DNA of 64,000 bases from an uncultured Dehalococcoidia bacterium (lineage in GTDB: Bacteria; Chloroflexota; Dehalococcoidia; Lucifugimonadales; UBA826), in contig CAYPDR010000021.1 in the NCBI GenBank assembly GCA_964409595.1, positions 11,336 to 75,335 of the forward strand, written 5' to 3'. The notes under the pieces are model-generated. The model did no database searches, was not told the DNA's origin, and worked only from the letters and a program-made list of their open reading frames with translations. The stretch's first letter is position 1. Every line of letters begins with the position of its first letter. The translations under genes were made by a program, and so were the position numbers. This document shows positions 10,377 to 20,094 of this stretch, piece after piece.

Positions 10377-11534
10377 TCATCTGAATGCCGGTATTATCTC
10401 TTCCGAAAATTGCTGGAGTTGCTCTGTCAATAGTGTCTGGGGGGTGCCCAAAGGATGGCTGACGCTGACTCGCTCAAGACCAGGATAAAGCTTTTCAAGC
10501 TGCTTCAACTGTTCGATTATCAAGTCAGGAGGCCCCGCCAAAACGCCCCCAGATTCCACTGCATCCTCTACTTTTGGCAAGTCAGCTGTCGGAGCCAGAG
10601 ATGAGTCGGACATCAATTCGATTTGCTCGTCTGTAAGAGCGCGAACGAGCCTCAAAGGTCCAAACATTTTTAGGTTCTCTTCATACATAGCAGCGACTTG
10701 GCGCATAGCTTCTTCTTGAGTTTCGGCTATGTGGTAATGAAACCCTATGGAAAGTTTCTGACCGAGTTCCAATTCTATCCCAGCACGAAGGTAAGCTTCA
10801 CGATAACCCTCTACGGCCCTACTCATAGCGCCCCCTTCCGAACTACCCCCACCAATGATTCCATTTATGCCATGTTTTGCCATGAAATCCAATCCTCTTG
10901 GAGTAGCGCTCTGAATAGGCTGCCAACACTCAACAGGTCGGTTGATAGGTCTCGGCACTACAGTGATCTCCTCCAGAGTGTACCCCCTATATGGCACATT
11001 CGGCGGTATAGAATAATTTTTTCCTTCGTGGGAAAAAGATTCGTTTTCAAACGCTTTGAATATAATGTCAACCTGTTCCTCGAACAGATCCCGATTGGCC
11101 GGTTGATCCATAAGAGGCGCACCAAAAGTCTCAACCTCACGGGTGTGATAGCCTCTTCCAACCCCAAAGACCACTCTTCCTTCGGTAAGGATGTCCGCCG
11201 TGGCATAGTCTTCCGCAAGCCTCAGAGGATGCCACATTGGGGCAATATTAAATCCACAGCCAAGTCTCACTTTGTTAGTCAAATGAGCCAAGTGAACAGC
11301 CAGCATCAAGACATTTGGCAGACACTCGTAGCCCTCCGGTTGAAAGTGATGCTCAGCTAGCCAAAAAGTATCATATCCAAAACTATCCATGGCGCTAGCT
11401 ATCGCAGCTGTTTTATCGAAAACGCTGGAAAGCTCTTTATTTCCAAAATGCCTGTCATTCACGGGAGTGCCGGCGTAACCTATGTTATCCATGTCGATAT
11501 GGCCAGCGAACAAACTATCAAACTTTGTGATCAT
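10377..11534 (-). CDS. LLM class flavin-dependent oxidoreductase
   Basis: WLAEHHF, WHPLRLAEDYATADILTEGRVVFGVGRGY. SD GGAGG. Confidence 0.88.
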   Translation of the reverse strand: MITKFDSLFAGHIDMDNIGYAGTPVNDRHFGNKELSSVFDKTAAIASAMDSFGYDTFWLAEHHFQPEGYECLPNVLMLAVHLAHLTNKVRLGCGFNIAPMWHPLRLAEDYATADILTEGRVVFGVGRGYHTREVETFGAPLMDQPANRDLFEEQVDIIFKAFENESFSHEGKNYSIPPNVPYRGYTLEEITVVPRPINRPVECWQPIQSATPRGLDFMAKHGINGIIGGGSSEGGAMSRAVEGYREAYLRAGIELELGQKLSIGFHYHIAETQEEAMRQVAAMYEENLKMFGPLRLVRALTDEQIELMSDSSLAPTADLPKVEDAVESGGVLAGPPDLIIEQLKQLEKLYPGLERVSVSHPLGTPQTLLTEQLQQFSEEIIPAFR

Positions 11535-11706
11535 CTAAATTTCCTCCAACAACATGTGAATTGGACACGATTAATCGTCCGATTGAATTGAACATATTCA
11601 CCCTGAAACTTTTCCGATCAAATCAAACATAGGCAAATCAGTAACTAGACATAAGCTTCCATGTTATAAATTCCGCTACCACTCACATGATAACCGTCGC
11701 TTTCTC

Positions 11707-12879
11707 CTAGGATCTTCGTGAGTCAAAATAATCTTGTTTGGCGCTATCAATGGCACTTGTCCTACGGGCCAACAGACTAGCCATCCTGTCCTTTGCCCAT
11801 TCATTGGAAGCTTTCGTTGCCTTAAGGGTCCCCTGAAAATGCGGCATAACGTACCTGGCTAACAGTTCATAACTCCTTAAAATCTCATCCCTAGACGCCC
11901 AATCTACAGTTTGTACAAGAAACCCACCAAACCCGCCACTTTCTTTCGCGAGTTCGTTTATTCCGTCAACACAATCATCAGGACTTCCCACTATCCAATA
12001 GCCGTTATCAGCCATCCAATCAACAACTTGATCATCAGGTCCTGTAAATACCGGTTCACGCCCATTTGTCCCTTCCGAATAGCCTCTGAGATAATGAACC
12101 GCTCCCCTTCTCACTTCATCTCTGGCTTTCTGCCTGGTCTCCGCTACGTGAACTGGAACAGTCAGTCTCCAATCCGACCGACGGACCTGTTTTCCATGCT
12201 CCAGAGCAGATTCCTCTGCAATTTCCCAAAGCTTGCTATATTCAGCCTTGCCCTCAGAAGGATCTCTGGGAACCGTAATAGTTAACACCGAGGCTCCATG
12301 CTTCCCGGCCAGCGCGACACCCGAAGGAGTCTGAATTGAAGCAACTGCAATAGGCATGTGAGGAATTTGGTATGGCCTAATCTGAAGTAGTGCCTCGTTT
12401 AATTCAAACCAGTCACTTTTGTATGTAATCGGATCTTCTTCAGTGAACAACCGAAGAATAATACCAAGGGCTTCATCCATCTTGGGACGCTGACTTGTGG
12501 GTTCTATTCCCATCATGTATGCATCCGTGGGAAGTGCACCTGGCCCAACTCCGAACAACACTCTTCCTCTAGTCATGTTGGCAAGCTGGACCATCCTGTT
12601 GGCAACCATGAAAGGATGATGGTAGGGAAGACTAACCACACCAGTACCCAGTTTAATCTGCGAAGTTCTCTCCGCAGCAGCGGCTATAAAAAGCTCCGGA
12701 GAGGATATAATCTCCCAGCCGGCGCTATGGTGCTCTCCAATCCATGCCTCGTCGTAACCAAGATGGTCAAGCCATTCAATCAGCTCAAGGTCACGGCGAA
12801 AAGCCAAAGTTGGATTCTCTCCTACCCTATGAAAAGGACCTAGAAAAATACCGAATGTCATCCGTTCTGGAAGGTTCAT
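11707..12879 (-). CDS. LLM class flavin-dependent monooxygenase (limonene 1,2-monooxygenase-like)
   Basis: FGIFLGPFH, WIGEHHSAGWE, LPYHHPFMVA, GVGPGALPTDA, GGFGGFL. Confidence 0.85.
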   Translation of the reverse strand: MNLPERMTFGIFLGPFHRVGENPTLAFRRDLELIEWLDHLGYDEAWIGEHHSAGWEIISSPELFIAAAAERTSQIKLGTGVVSLPYHHPFMVANRMVQLANMTRGRVLFGVGPGALPTDAYMMGIEPTSQRPKMDEALGIILRLFTEEDPITYKSDWFELNEALLQIRPYQIPHMPIAVASIQTPSGVALAGKHGASVLTITVPRDPSEGKAEYSKLWEIAEESALEHGKQVRRSDWRLTVPVHVAETRQKARDEVRRGAVHYLRGYSEGTNGREPVFTGPDDQVVDWMADNGYWIVGSPDDCVDGINELAKESGGFGGFLVQTVDWASRDEILRSYELLARYVMPHFQGTLKATKASNEWAKDRMASLLARRTSAIDSAKQDYFDSRRS

Positions 12880-13079
12880 GCTAGTTGACCTCTCTTATAC
12901 CGACTGAAAACAACAGCCCACTAAATCCAACAGTCATTTAAAGGCCATTCTAACTCTGAAATCAAGAATCACAATACTTGTGTCGAAACCAAGGTGAATG
13001 AACCTAAAAGCGAATCAGACTACACACCTTCATACTTAACTGAATTTAACCAATAACAAATATCAAGTATCATGTTGCC

Positions 13080-14090
13080 ATGGTAACGGAATATCTAAAG
13101 ACAATCGGAATAAAAACGAATCAGCCCGTGGGAAGAGGATTCCTATACCCCTATGATGTGGCCTTTAGCTCGGAAGGCATAATATACGCTCTAAACAGAG
13201 GAAATCTTGGCCAAAGAGTTGGTACCCGGGTACAAATGTTCAACTTTGAAGAGGATTGGCTCGGCGAATTTGGAGAGGGTCGAGGAACCGGGCCGTCCAA
13301 CTTTATGATTCCGATATCTATGGCATTTAATTCTGACGACTGTCTGCACATCACTGATCAAGGAGCAGGCGAAATAAAGGTCTTTGATAGTGCTGGAATT
13401 CCAATAAAGCAGATTGGCAATAGCAAGGATCAAAAAATCAATTTAACGGAACCATCAGGTATAGCCATCGACTCGGAAGATAATATCTATGTCACAGATC
13501 AAGCTAGAAACTCCGTGACTAAAATAGATCAAGAAGGATCCGTTGAATTCACTGTAGGTGAGCTTGGAGACGGGCCTGGCCAATTCAACATGCCATGGGG
13601 CCTCACCGTAGATTCATCGGGTTTTATTTATATTGCCGACTGGCGCAATGACAGGATCCAAAAATTAAGTCCTTTCGGTGATTTTATCTCGTCATATGGC
13701 GAATCAGGCTCCGGTGAAGGTGAATTTAACAGACCTTCTTCTGTCGCGGTTGATTCCGGAGGGACAATTTACGTCACCGATTGGGGAAACGAGAGAGTGC
13801 AAGTACTAGATTCAAATGGTAATTTCATTCAAATGCTTAGAGGCCAGGCAACACTATCTCAATGGGCTGAGCAGTGGTTAGACGCGAACCAAGATGAATT
13901 GACAGCAAGAAATAGATCAAATCTTAAAATTGACTGGCTGCCTGTTCATTTAAGATCCCCATACCAGGTGAGTGCTCAAACGGAGCACCTTTTCTGGGGT
14001 CCAGTGTCCGCTAAAATAGACAAATCGGACAGACTATTCGTCACAGAGCACAGCAGGGCCAGAATCCAAGTTTATAAGGTCGGAAAATAA
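13080..14090 (+). CDS. NHL-repeat six-bladed beta-propeller protein (copy 1)
   Basis: Repeated GxGxGxFNxPxxxAVDxxGxIY(I/V)xDWxNxRxQ units. No signal peptide visible. Confidence 0.9.
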   Translation: MVTEYLKTIGIKTNQPVGRGFLYPYDVAFSSEGIIYALNRGNLGQRVGTRVQMFNFEEDWLGEFGEGRGTGPSNFMIPISMAFNSDDCLHITDQGAGEIKVFDSAGIPIKQIGNSKDQKINLTEPSGIAIDSEDNIYVTDQARNSVTKIDQEGSVEFTVGELGDGPGQFNMPWGLTVDSSGFIYIADWRNDRIQKLSPFGDFISSYGESGSGEGEFNRPSSVAVDSGGTIYVTDWGNERVQVLDSNGNFIQMLRGQATLSQWAEQWLDANQDELTARNRSNLKIDWLPVHLRSPYQVSAQTEHLFWGPVSAKIDKSDRLFVTEHSRARIQVYKVGK

Positions 14091-14091
14091 C

Positions 14092-15555
14092 ATGGTCTCC
14101 AAGACAGACACAAAATCGCAAACAAATCGAGAGAGACGATGGATATCTCATCTACTTAGGAGAACCGGATTTGGACCTACTCCTTCTGAAATAGACCGAT
14201 TCCTCAATACCAGTCACGAAGACATAGTGGAAAAGTTACTAGATTTCACCAACACTACAACGATGCCCGATGACGTCATATTCAGAATGTTCCCAGAATG
14301 CCACGCCGGGGTAGGCCTAGCTGGAGCTAGTGCAAAATGGGTATTCCGTATGGCAACCACCACTAACCCGTTGGAAGAAAAAATGGCCCTTTTCTGGCAT
14401 GGCATTTTCGCGACGGGGAACGACAAATTAGATAATCCTGTTGCAGCATTGACCCAGATCGACACACTCAGAAGAGTGAGTACAGACACCTTTGATTCCA
14501 TATTATTGGAACTTTCGCAAGATCCGGCCATGTTGATATGGCTTGACAATCAGACAAACCATAAGCAATCCATTAATGAAAACTATGGAAGGGAACTTCT
14601 AGAATTGTTCTCCATGGGAGTTGGGAACTACACAGAGAAAGACATTAAAGAATGTGCTCGTTCGTTTACAGGATGGTCGCTAAATAATGAAGAGTACATG
14701 TCTCTGAGATGCCAGAACGGATCAATATGGCCGTATCATAGAATCGCATGGCACTATGAGTACAATTCAGACGATCACGACGATCAGAAAAAAACATTCC
14801 TTGGCCAAGTTGGGAATTTTAACGGCGAAGACATAATCAGAATTATATGTGAGCAGTCTTCCACCGCAGAATTCCTGTCGAGACACTTGTACGATTTTTT
14901 CGTCGAAGACGAAGAGCCTGTCTCTGTTTGGAATGAAACTCCGCCCAAAAACCCTGACGCAATCAAAATGCTTGTTAACGAGTATTTCAATTCGGGACAC
15001 AGTATCAAGGAAATGATGAAAGTTCTGTTGAACTCAGATTTTTTTAAGGAATCCGAATACAAGAAAATTAAAAGTCCAATAGAGATGGTTACAGGAATAC
15101 TTAAACTCACAGGCGAAGCGGAGAAACCAAGCTTAACAACTATAAATGCTATTGAAGAGGCTGGTTACATGGGTCAGCTGTTGCTGTACCCCCCTTCTGT
15201 GGAAGGTTGGCATGCCGGGGAAGAATGGATTAGCAGTGGCTCTTTGGTTGAACGAGTTAATTTTGCCTCCAGCCACATGGCAAATATCACTTCCCCGGGA
15301 ACCAGTGACATTTTGGACAGTGTATATGAATCTTGCGGTGACTCTGCAACGGTAAAGGACATGGTCTCAGCAACTCTAACAATTCTTGGAATGTACAACG
15401 TTAGCGAAGAAAGCATAAATTTTATCCACGAAAGTTGCGGTGGCGAAACTAAGACGGTTGATTGTAACGATATGTCACGATCTTCAGAATTCTCTTCGAT
15501 AATGTCTGACATCCTCAGAATCATCGGTTCCGCTAAAGAATTTCATCTCTCTTAA
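14092..15555 (+). CDS. DUF1800 family protein (copy 1)
   Basis: HLLRRTGFG, LEEKMALFWH, DPAMLIWLDN, NENYGRELLELFSMGVGNYTE, KIKSP, GQLLLYPPSVEGW. Confidence 0.9.
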   Translation: MVSKTDTKSQTNRERRWISHLLRRTGFGPTPSEIDRFLNTSHEDIVEKLLDFTNTTTMPDDVIFRMFPECHAGVGLAGASAKWVFRMATTTNPLEEKMALFWHGIFATGNDKLDNPVAALTQIDTLRRVSTDTFDSILLELSQDPAMLIWLDNQTNHKQSINENYGRELLELFSMGVGNYTEKDIKECARSFTGWSLNNEEYMSLRCQNGSIWPYHRIAWHYEYNSDDHDDQKKTFLGQVGNFNGEDIIRIICEQSSTAEFLSRHLYDFFVEDEEPVSVWNETPPKNPDAIKMLVNEYFNSGHSIKEMMKVLLNSDFFKESEYKKIKSPIEMVTGILKLTGEAEKPSLTTINAIEEAGYMGQLLLYPPSVEGWHAGEEWISSGSLVERVNFASSHMANITSPGTSDILDSVYESCGDSATVKDMVSATLTILGMYNVSEESINFIHESCGGETKTVDCNDMSRSSEFSSIMSDILRIIGSAKEFHLS

Positions 15556-15802
15556 ATAATTCTATTATCCTACTCTAGATTGTACCTGACGTTATTTCCA
15601 TTAATTTTCGCAGTCGGCCTATCGAGGGCCTAATCTAGGCGACGTCTTATTTCACCTGTATGTTTCCGAACTACCATAAATCGAATAAGGCCATTTAAAT
15701 TTAGAAGGGGGAAGGTAAGAAAAATGTGTCGAGCTTGAGAAAGATAGCTCAGTTCATTTCACTTCTAGTAGAATAGAGCCTAGATCATAAGGAGAACCTA
15801 CA

Positions 15803-16024
15803 TTGGCAATTCACGAAATACCATCCCCTATGACCGGAAACGTGATAGAGATATCTGTCTCAGTGGGTGACGAAGTGAGCGAAGGTGACCTGCTGATCGT
15901 AATAGAGTCGATGAAGATGGAAAATGAGGTGTTTTCCGAGATTTCCGGCACTGTTAAAGAGGTGAAGGTTGAAGAGGATCAAAACGTATCAGAAGAAGCA
16001 ATAATGTTCATTATCGAAAACTAA
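15803..16024 (+). CDS. Stand-alone biotin/lipoyl carrier domain protein
   Basis: SPMTGNV...ESMKMENEV (biotinylation-type MKM motif). SD AAGGAG with TTG start. Confidence 0.85.
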   Translation: MAIHEIPSPMTGNVIEISVSVGDEVSEGDLLIVIESMKMENEVFSEISGTVKEVKVEEDQNVSEEAIMFIIEN

Positions 16025-16203
16025 CAACTTTAGCGCGCTGGTCAACTTAAATTAATAGACTCAACTGATCACTACGCCCGTCTTTATCGCCTTCAACAAG
16101 ATCAGGGAAACTACAGACTACTGAAGTTAAAGAACAACTTCAATATTTAATTAAGCCCAAAGCCCACTCTGCAATTAAGGCTCGCGTCGATTCTAAATTG
16201 TTG

Positions 16204-17379
16204 TTATTCAATCAGCACTTCTTCGAATTTAAAAGGCTCTACTCCCTTCCAATCGTATTCAACACCAAGACCCGGGCCCTTTGGTACCTCCACAAAACCA
16301 TCAGCATCGATCGACTCTAACTGGTCGGAATACCCACAACTGTATAAAGGAGGACTAGCAATGTTCGGTAAATTGGGATGCACTAACCCCATTTCATAAA
16401 AATTCGAATTCCTCATTGCGGCCATACAATGTCTCTGCGCGGGTCCGGAAATATGAAGCTCTAAATCCATACCAAAGCCCTCTGCAGCATGGGCGATTTT
16501 CATAACTCCGGTAATCCCACCATCGTATTCAGGATCAGCACGCCAAAAATCAGTTGCCTCCGCAATCGCCATATCTGTGTGGGCCTCAACTAGATGGATA
16601 TGTTCCCCTTGCAAAAGAGGTGTTTTTATCATTTTTTTCAGCTGCTTATGCGCATATAGAGACACTCCACCGTCCCTCATAGGATCCTCATACCAGAAAA
16701 AACCTTCCTCATCGCACGCCCTACCAACAGCCAATGTGTCCGCAAAGGTGTCGTAGACGCAGCATGGGTCGATCATTAGCGACATCTTACCTCCGACCCT
16801 AGAACCTACTTCATGTATAGTGTCTATTTCCCTTTGTATGTTTGTACCTGCTTCCGCCCCCCAAGAATGGATCTTAAAACCCTTATATCCGATCTCCCTG
16901 CAACTTTGCGCAAAATCGGCGTAACCCTCAGGACTATTCAAACCACCTTTTGTTTTGTCAGCGAAATACGTGCTCGCATAGGCCGGCAATTTCTCCCGTT
17001 GACCACCAAGCATGCGATAAATCGGAGCGTTATAGAGTTTGCCTGCAAGGTCCCATAAGGCAATATCTATTGGTCCTATTCCCATTTTGTCTTGCTTCCT
17101 AAGTATCGTCTTAGCTTGATTGTATATAAATTCACGGTGGGTAGCGTCCTTTCCTAACAGAAATGGCGCAAAGCTTTGAACTTGCTCGAATGTGCCAGGA
17201 GCTATACTCATGTACTCACCCGTGACACCTTCATCAGTGTTAATGCGTATTCCTAAAACAGATCTAGACCCCTTGTTACCTGGCTGATAAAACTGACCTA
17301 TTAAATCGGTTCCTATATCATCGAACGGAAAACGGTATCTGGATAAGCGAATATCCCGAATGATGGGTGAACTCGACAT
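16204..17379 (-). CDS. Mandelate racemase/muconate-lactonizing (enolase superfamily) enzyme
   Basis: IDIALWDLAGK, metal ligands D/E/E (IDP, YEDP, GEH), GPGLGV. Start moved to ATG 17379 (MSSSPII) with SD TAGGAG. Confidence 0.88.
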   Translation of the reverse strand: MSSSPIIRDIRLSRYRFPFDDIGTDLIGQFYQPGNKGSRSVLGIRINTDEGVTGEYMSIAPGTFEQVQSFAPFLLGKDATHREFIYNQAKTILRKQDKMGIGPIDIALWDLAGKLYNAPIYRMLGGQREKLPAYASTYFADKTKGGLNSPEGYADFAQSCREIGYKGFKIHSWGAEAGTNIQREIDTIHEVGSRVGGKMSLMIDPCCVYDTFADTLAVGRACDEEGFFWYEDPMRDGGVSLYAHKQLKKMIKTPLLQGEHIHLVEAHTDMAIAEATDFWRADPEYDGGITGVMKIAHAAEGFGMDLELHISGPAQRHCMAAMRNSNFYEMGLVHPNLPNIASPPLYSCGYSDQLESIDADGFVEVPKGPGLGVEYDWKGVEPFKFEEVLIE

Positions 17380-17625
17380 GAAATCTCCTAATTGATGGTG
17401 TGAATTGTTCTCAAACACTAATTCCCAAAATTCTAACTCAACCATTGTTTCGAATGAATTACCAAAATGATATTCTCTTCTCAATTCACATACCACCATA
17501 GTAAGTTCCTACAATTTTTGCCCAAATTTATCTATCATAGCCGACAGAAATTACGAAGAATTTGAAATACAGCGGATTGAAGCAATTAATCATAGAAACC
17601 TAAAACATGGCGAAGGAAACTAGGT

Positions 17626-18471
17626 ATGAATTCAACATCAGGAACGGAAATAATTGAAGTAGCCAACGGGATATTCGCTAGACTCCATGACGGGCTAACG
17701 AACGCAGGCATATTGGTGGGAGAGGATAGTGTTCTAGTCATTGACTCTCTGCGGGTGCCTTCATTCGCGAGAGAGCTTATAAGCGATGTGAAATTAATTA
17801 CGAACAAACCTATCAAATATGTGATTGACACTCACGCTCATTGGGATCACTCTTGGGGAAACGAGGAATTCCCAGAGGCCACCATAATAGGGCACGACAA
17901 TTGTTATTCAGAGATGGTGGACGTTGAGTACACGGAGCAATGGAGATCACAAATTATAACCAGTGGCGACCCCTGGGCAGAAGAAGCCAAGCTAGTGAAT
18001 GTGACCCCACCAAACCTTACATTCGAGAGCAAAATGTCTTTATATTTTGGAGGACGGGAACTAAGGCTTCTATATTTGGGCAAGGCCCATACGAGTGGAG
18101 ACATATATATACACGTCCCATCCGAAAAACTTCTTTTCACTGGAGATGTAATTCAAGATCGTCGAGTTCCATACTTAGGGGACAGCTATCCTGGAGACTG
18201 GCCTGAGACAGATAAACAGATATCTAGTATTCCTATAGACCGTTTTATTTCTGGCCACGGCCCCATCGGCACACATCAAGATTTGCTAGAGGCCTGTGAA
18301 TTCATTTATCAACTAGTAGGAAACACAAAAGATTCGATCCATCAAGGAAGTTCAGCGGCGAAAGCGGTTTCTGAGGTCTTAGGCGATATGCGAGATAGAT
18401 TTGGTGACTGGGTCGGATTCGATACGATAGAGGAAAGATTTCCTGAGATCTTCAGAAAACTGTCGATATAG
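17626..18471 (+). CDS. MBL-fold metallo-hydrolase (cyclase-like)
   Basis: THAHWDHSWGN (HxHxDH), AHTSGD, FTGD, SGHG. Confidence 0.88.
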   Translation: MNSTSGTEIIEVANGIFARLHDGLTNAGILVGEDSVLVIDSLRVPSFARELISDVKLITNKPIKYVIDTHAHWDHSWGNEEFPEATIIGHDNCYSEMVDVEYTEQWRSQIITSGDPWAEEAKLVNVTPPNLTFESKMSLYFGGRELRLLYLGKAHTSGDIYIHVPSEKLLFTGDVIQDRRVPYLGDSYPGDWPETDKQISSIPIDRFISGHGPIGTHQDLLEACEFIYQLVGNTKDSIHQGSSAAKAVSEVLGDMRDRFGDWVGFDTIEERFPEIFRKLSI

Positions 18472-18589
18472 AAAGGGGAATACCAAATACGAGAAGCCCC
18501 TCACAGTTACATAAAAGTCTCCCAGGTCAATGGAGGGCTTTTACGAAAGCTTTGTTTGTTGTAGAGTCGGTGTACAGAATGATATTTAA

Positions 18590-18617
18590 TTGACATGACT
18601 CTGTGTGGGTTTATATT
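18590..18617 (+). promoter_or_regulatory. Putative sigma70 promoter for the DUF1800-DUF1501-NHL operon
   Basis: TTGACA (18590-18595), 16-nt spacer, TATATT (18612-18617), ending 35 nt before the start codon. Confidence 0.5.
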
Positions 18618-18652
18618 TGGTTCTTTAAGTCCGTTTAAGGGAGAAACTGCAA

Positions 18653-20044
18653 ATGAAGTCCGACAGATCCCAAGTGGCACACCTTATGAGAAGAGCTGGA
18701 TTCGGTGCCACGACAGAAGAACTTGACTCTCTCACTTCAGAGAAATCTTACGAAGAAATTGTGGATGATCTTATAAATCCTGAAAGATTTAAGCCTATCG
18801 ATGTGTCGTATATCGAGAGGTATTACGGCGGTGAGAGTGTTGCCATACACGTTGGCAAATGGATTTACAGGATGGCCAACACCAACCGACCTTTAGAAGA
18901 GAAGATGTCTCTATTTCTTCACCACATATTCCCAGTGGCCTGGGGCAAAAGTGAGCACGGGCCGTCACTGTACTCAGAAATAGATATGTTTAGACGAACG
19001 GGGTTGAGCACGTTTAGAAAAATATTACAGGAACTTTCTAGGGATCCGGCAATGATTTTCTGGCTCGATAATAACGAGAATCATAAGGATGAAATTAATG
19101 AGAACTATGGGCGAGAACTTCTAGAGCTGTTCTCCATGGGGGTTGGGAACTATACTGAGGACGACATCAAAAATGCGTCAAGGGCCTTCACTGGATGGAC
19201 TTTCCGGCAGCCTCTTTCACTATATCCTTACGGTCATCACAGTGCGGATTTCGAGTTTCTTTCGGACGATCACGACTACGGCCCCAAGGAATTCCTAGGA
19301 GAAAAGGGGAACTTTAATGGCGATGACATCATCGACATAATCGTAAAACAGCCCGCTACGGCCAAATTTATTTCCCGCCACCTCTATAACTTCTTTGTTG
19401 AAGACGAGGTCCAAGTTCCCTCATGGGAGACTGTGCCCCCGAAAAATCCGGAAGCTATCGAAGAACTTTCTACAGCATACATGGAATCTGAGGGAGACAT
19501 ACGCCAAGTACTCAAAACTCTGTTCAACTCTCAGTTTTTTAAAGAAGCCTCAACCAGACCTAAGGTGAAAAGCCCCGCTGAGCTAATTGTCGGTGTACTC
19601 CGCCAAACAGGAGAATTCAGCCAACCGCGACCAGGGATAAACCAATTTGCGGTAACCACGTTAAATGGATCACCTTTTGAAGGACCCTTGGCAATAATGG
19701 GACAGCGGCTCATGAACCCTCCCACCGTTGAGGGGTGGCATACAGGATTTGAATGGATCGACTCGGGGACCTTAAGCGAGCGGGTTGGATTTGTTGAACA
19801 ACAATTTTCAGACCCAAGTAAACCAGGTGTACATGAGATGCTGGAGCGAGCAGGTAGTTTGGACGAAGACCCCAACCAACTAGTGAATAGGTGTCTTGAT
19901 CTCCTAGGTGGTATCAGGGTACGAGAAGAAACTCGGAAATCTTTGGTTGAGTACACTAACGAGTTGAAAAATGGAAAGGAAGGTGCAGGCGTCCATAACC
20001 TGATTCAAATGATCGCTTCTACCGTCGATTATCAGTTCGCTTAA
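18653..20044 (+). CDS. DUF1800 family protein (copy 2)
   Basis: AHLMRRAGFG, DPAMIFWLDN, NENYGRELLELFSMGVGNYTE, KVKSP, GQRLMNPPTVEGW, DYQFA end. Confidence 0.9.
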   Translation: MKSDRSQVAHLMRRAGFGATTEELDSLTSEKSYEEIVDDLINPERFKPIDVSYIERYYGGESVAIHVGKWIYRMANTNRPLEEKMSLFLHHIFPVAWGKSEHGPSLYSEIDMFRRTGLSTFRKILQELSRDPAMIFWLDNNENHKDEINENYGRELLELFSMGVGNYTEDDIKNASRAFTGWTFRQPLSLYPYGHHSADFEFLSDDHDYGPKEFLGEKGNFNGDDIIDIIVKQPATAKFISRHLYNFFVEDEVQVPSWETVPPKNPEAIEELSTAYMESEGDIRQVLKTLFNSQFFKEASTRPKVKSPAELIVGVLRQTGEFSQPRPGINQFAVTTLNGSPFEGPLAIMGQRLMNPPTVEGWHTGFEWIDSGTLSERVGFVEQQFSDPSKPGVHEMLERAGSLDEDPNQLVNRCLDLLGGIRVREETRKSLVEYTNELKNGKEGAGVHNLIQMIASTVDYQFA

Positions 20045-20094
20045 TCAAACCCCAAGTAAGAAAACCATTCATACTCATTGAAAGAGGGCGGAAT

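Noticed and set aside
10698-11360. 220-aa plus-strand ORF
   Set aside because: Lies wholly antisense to a well-supported LLM gene and has no motif; shadow ORF.
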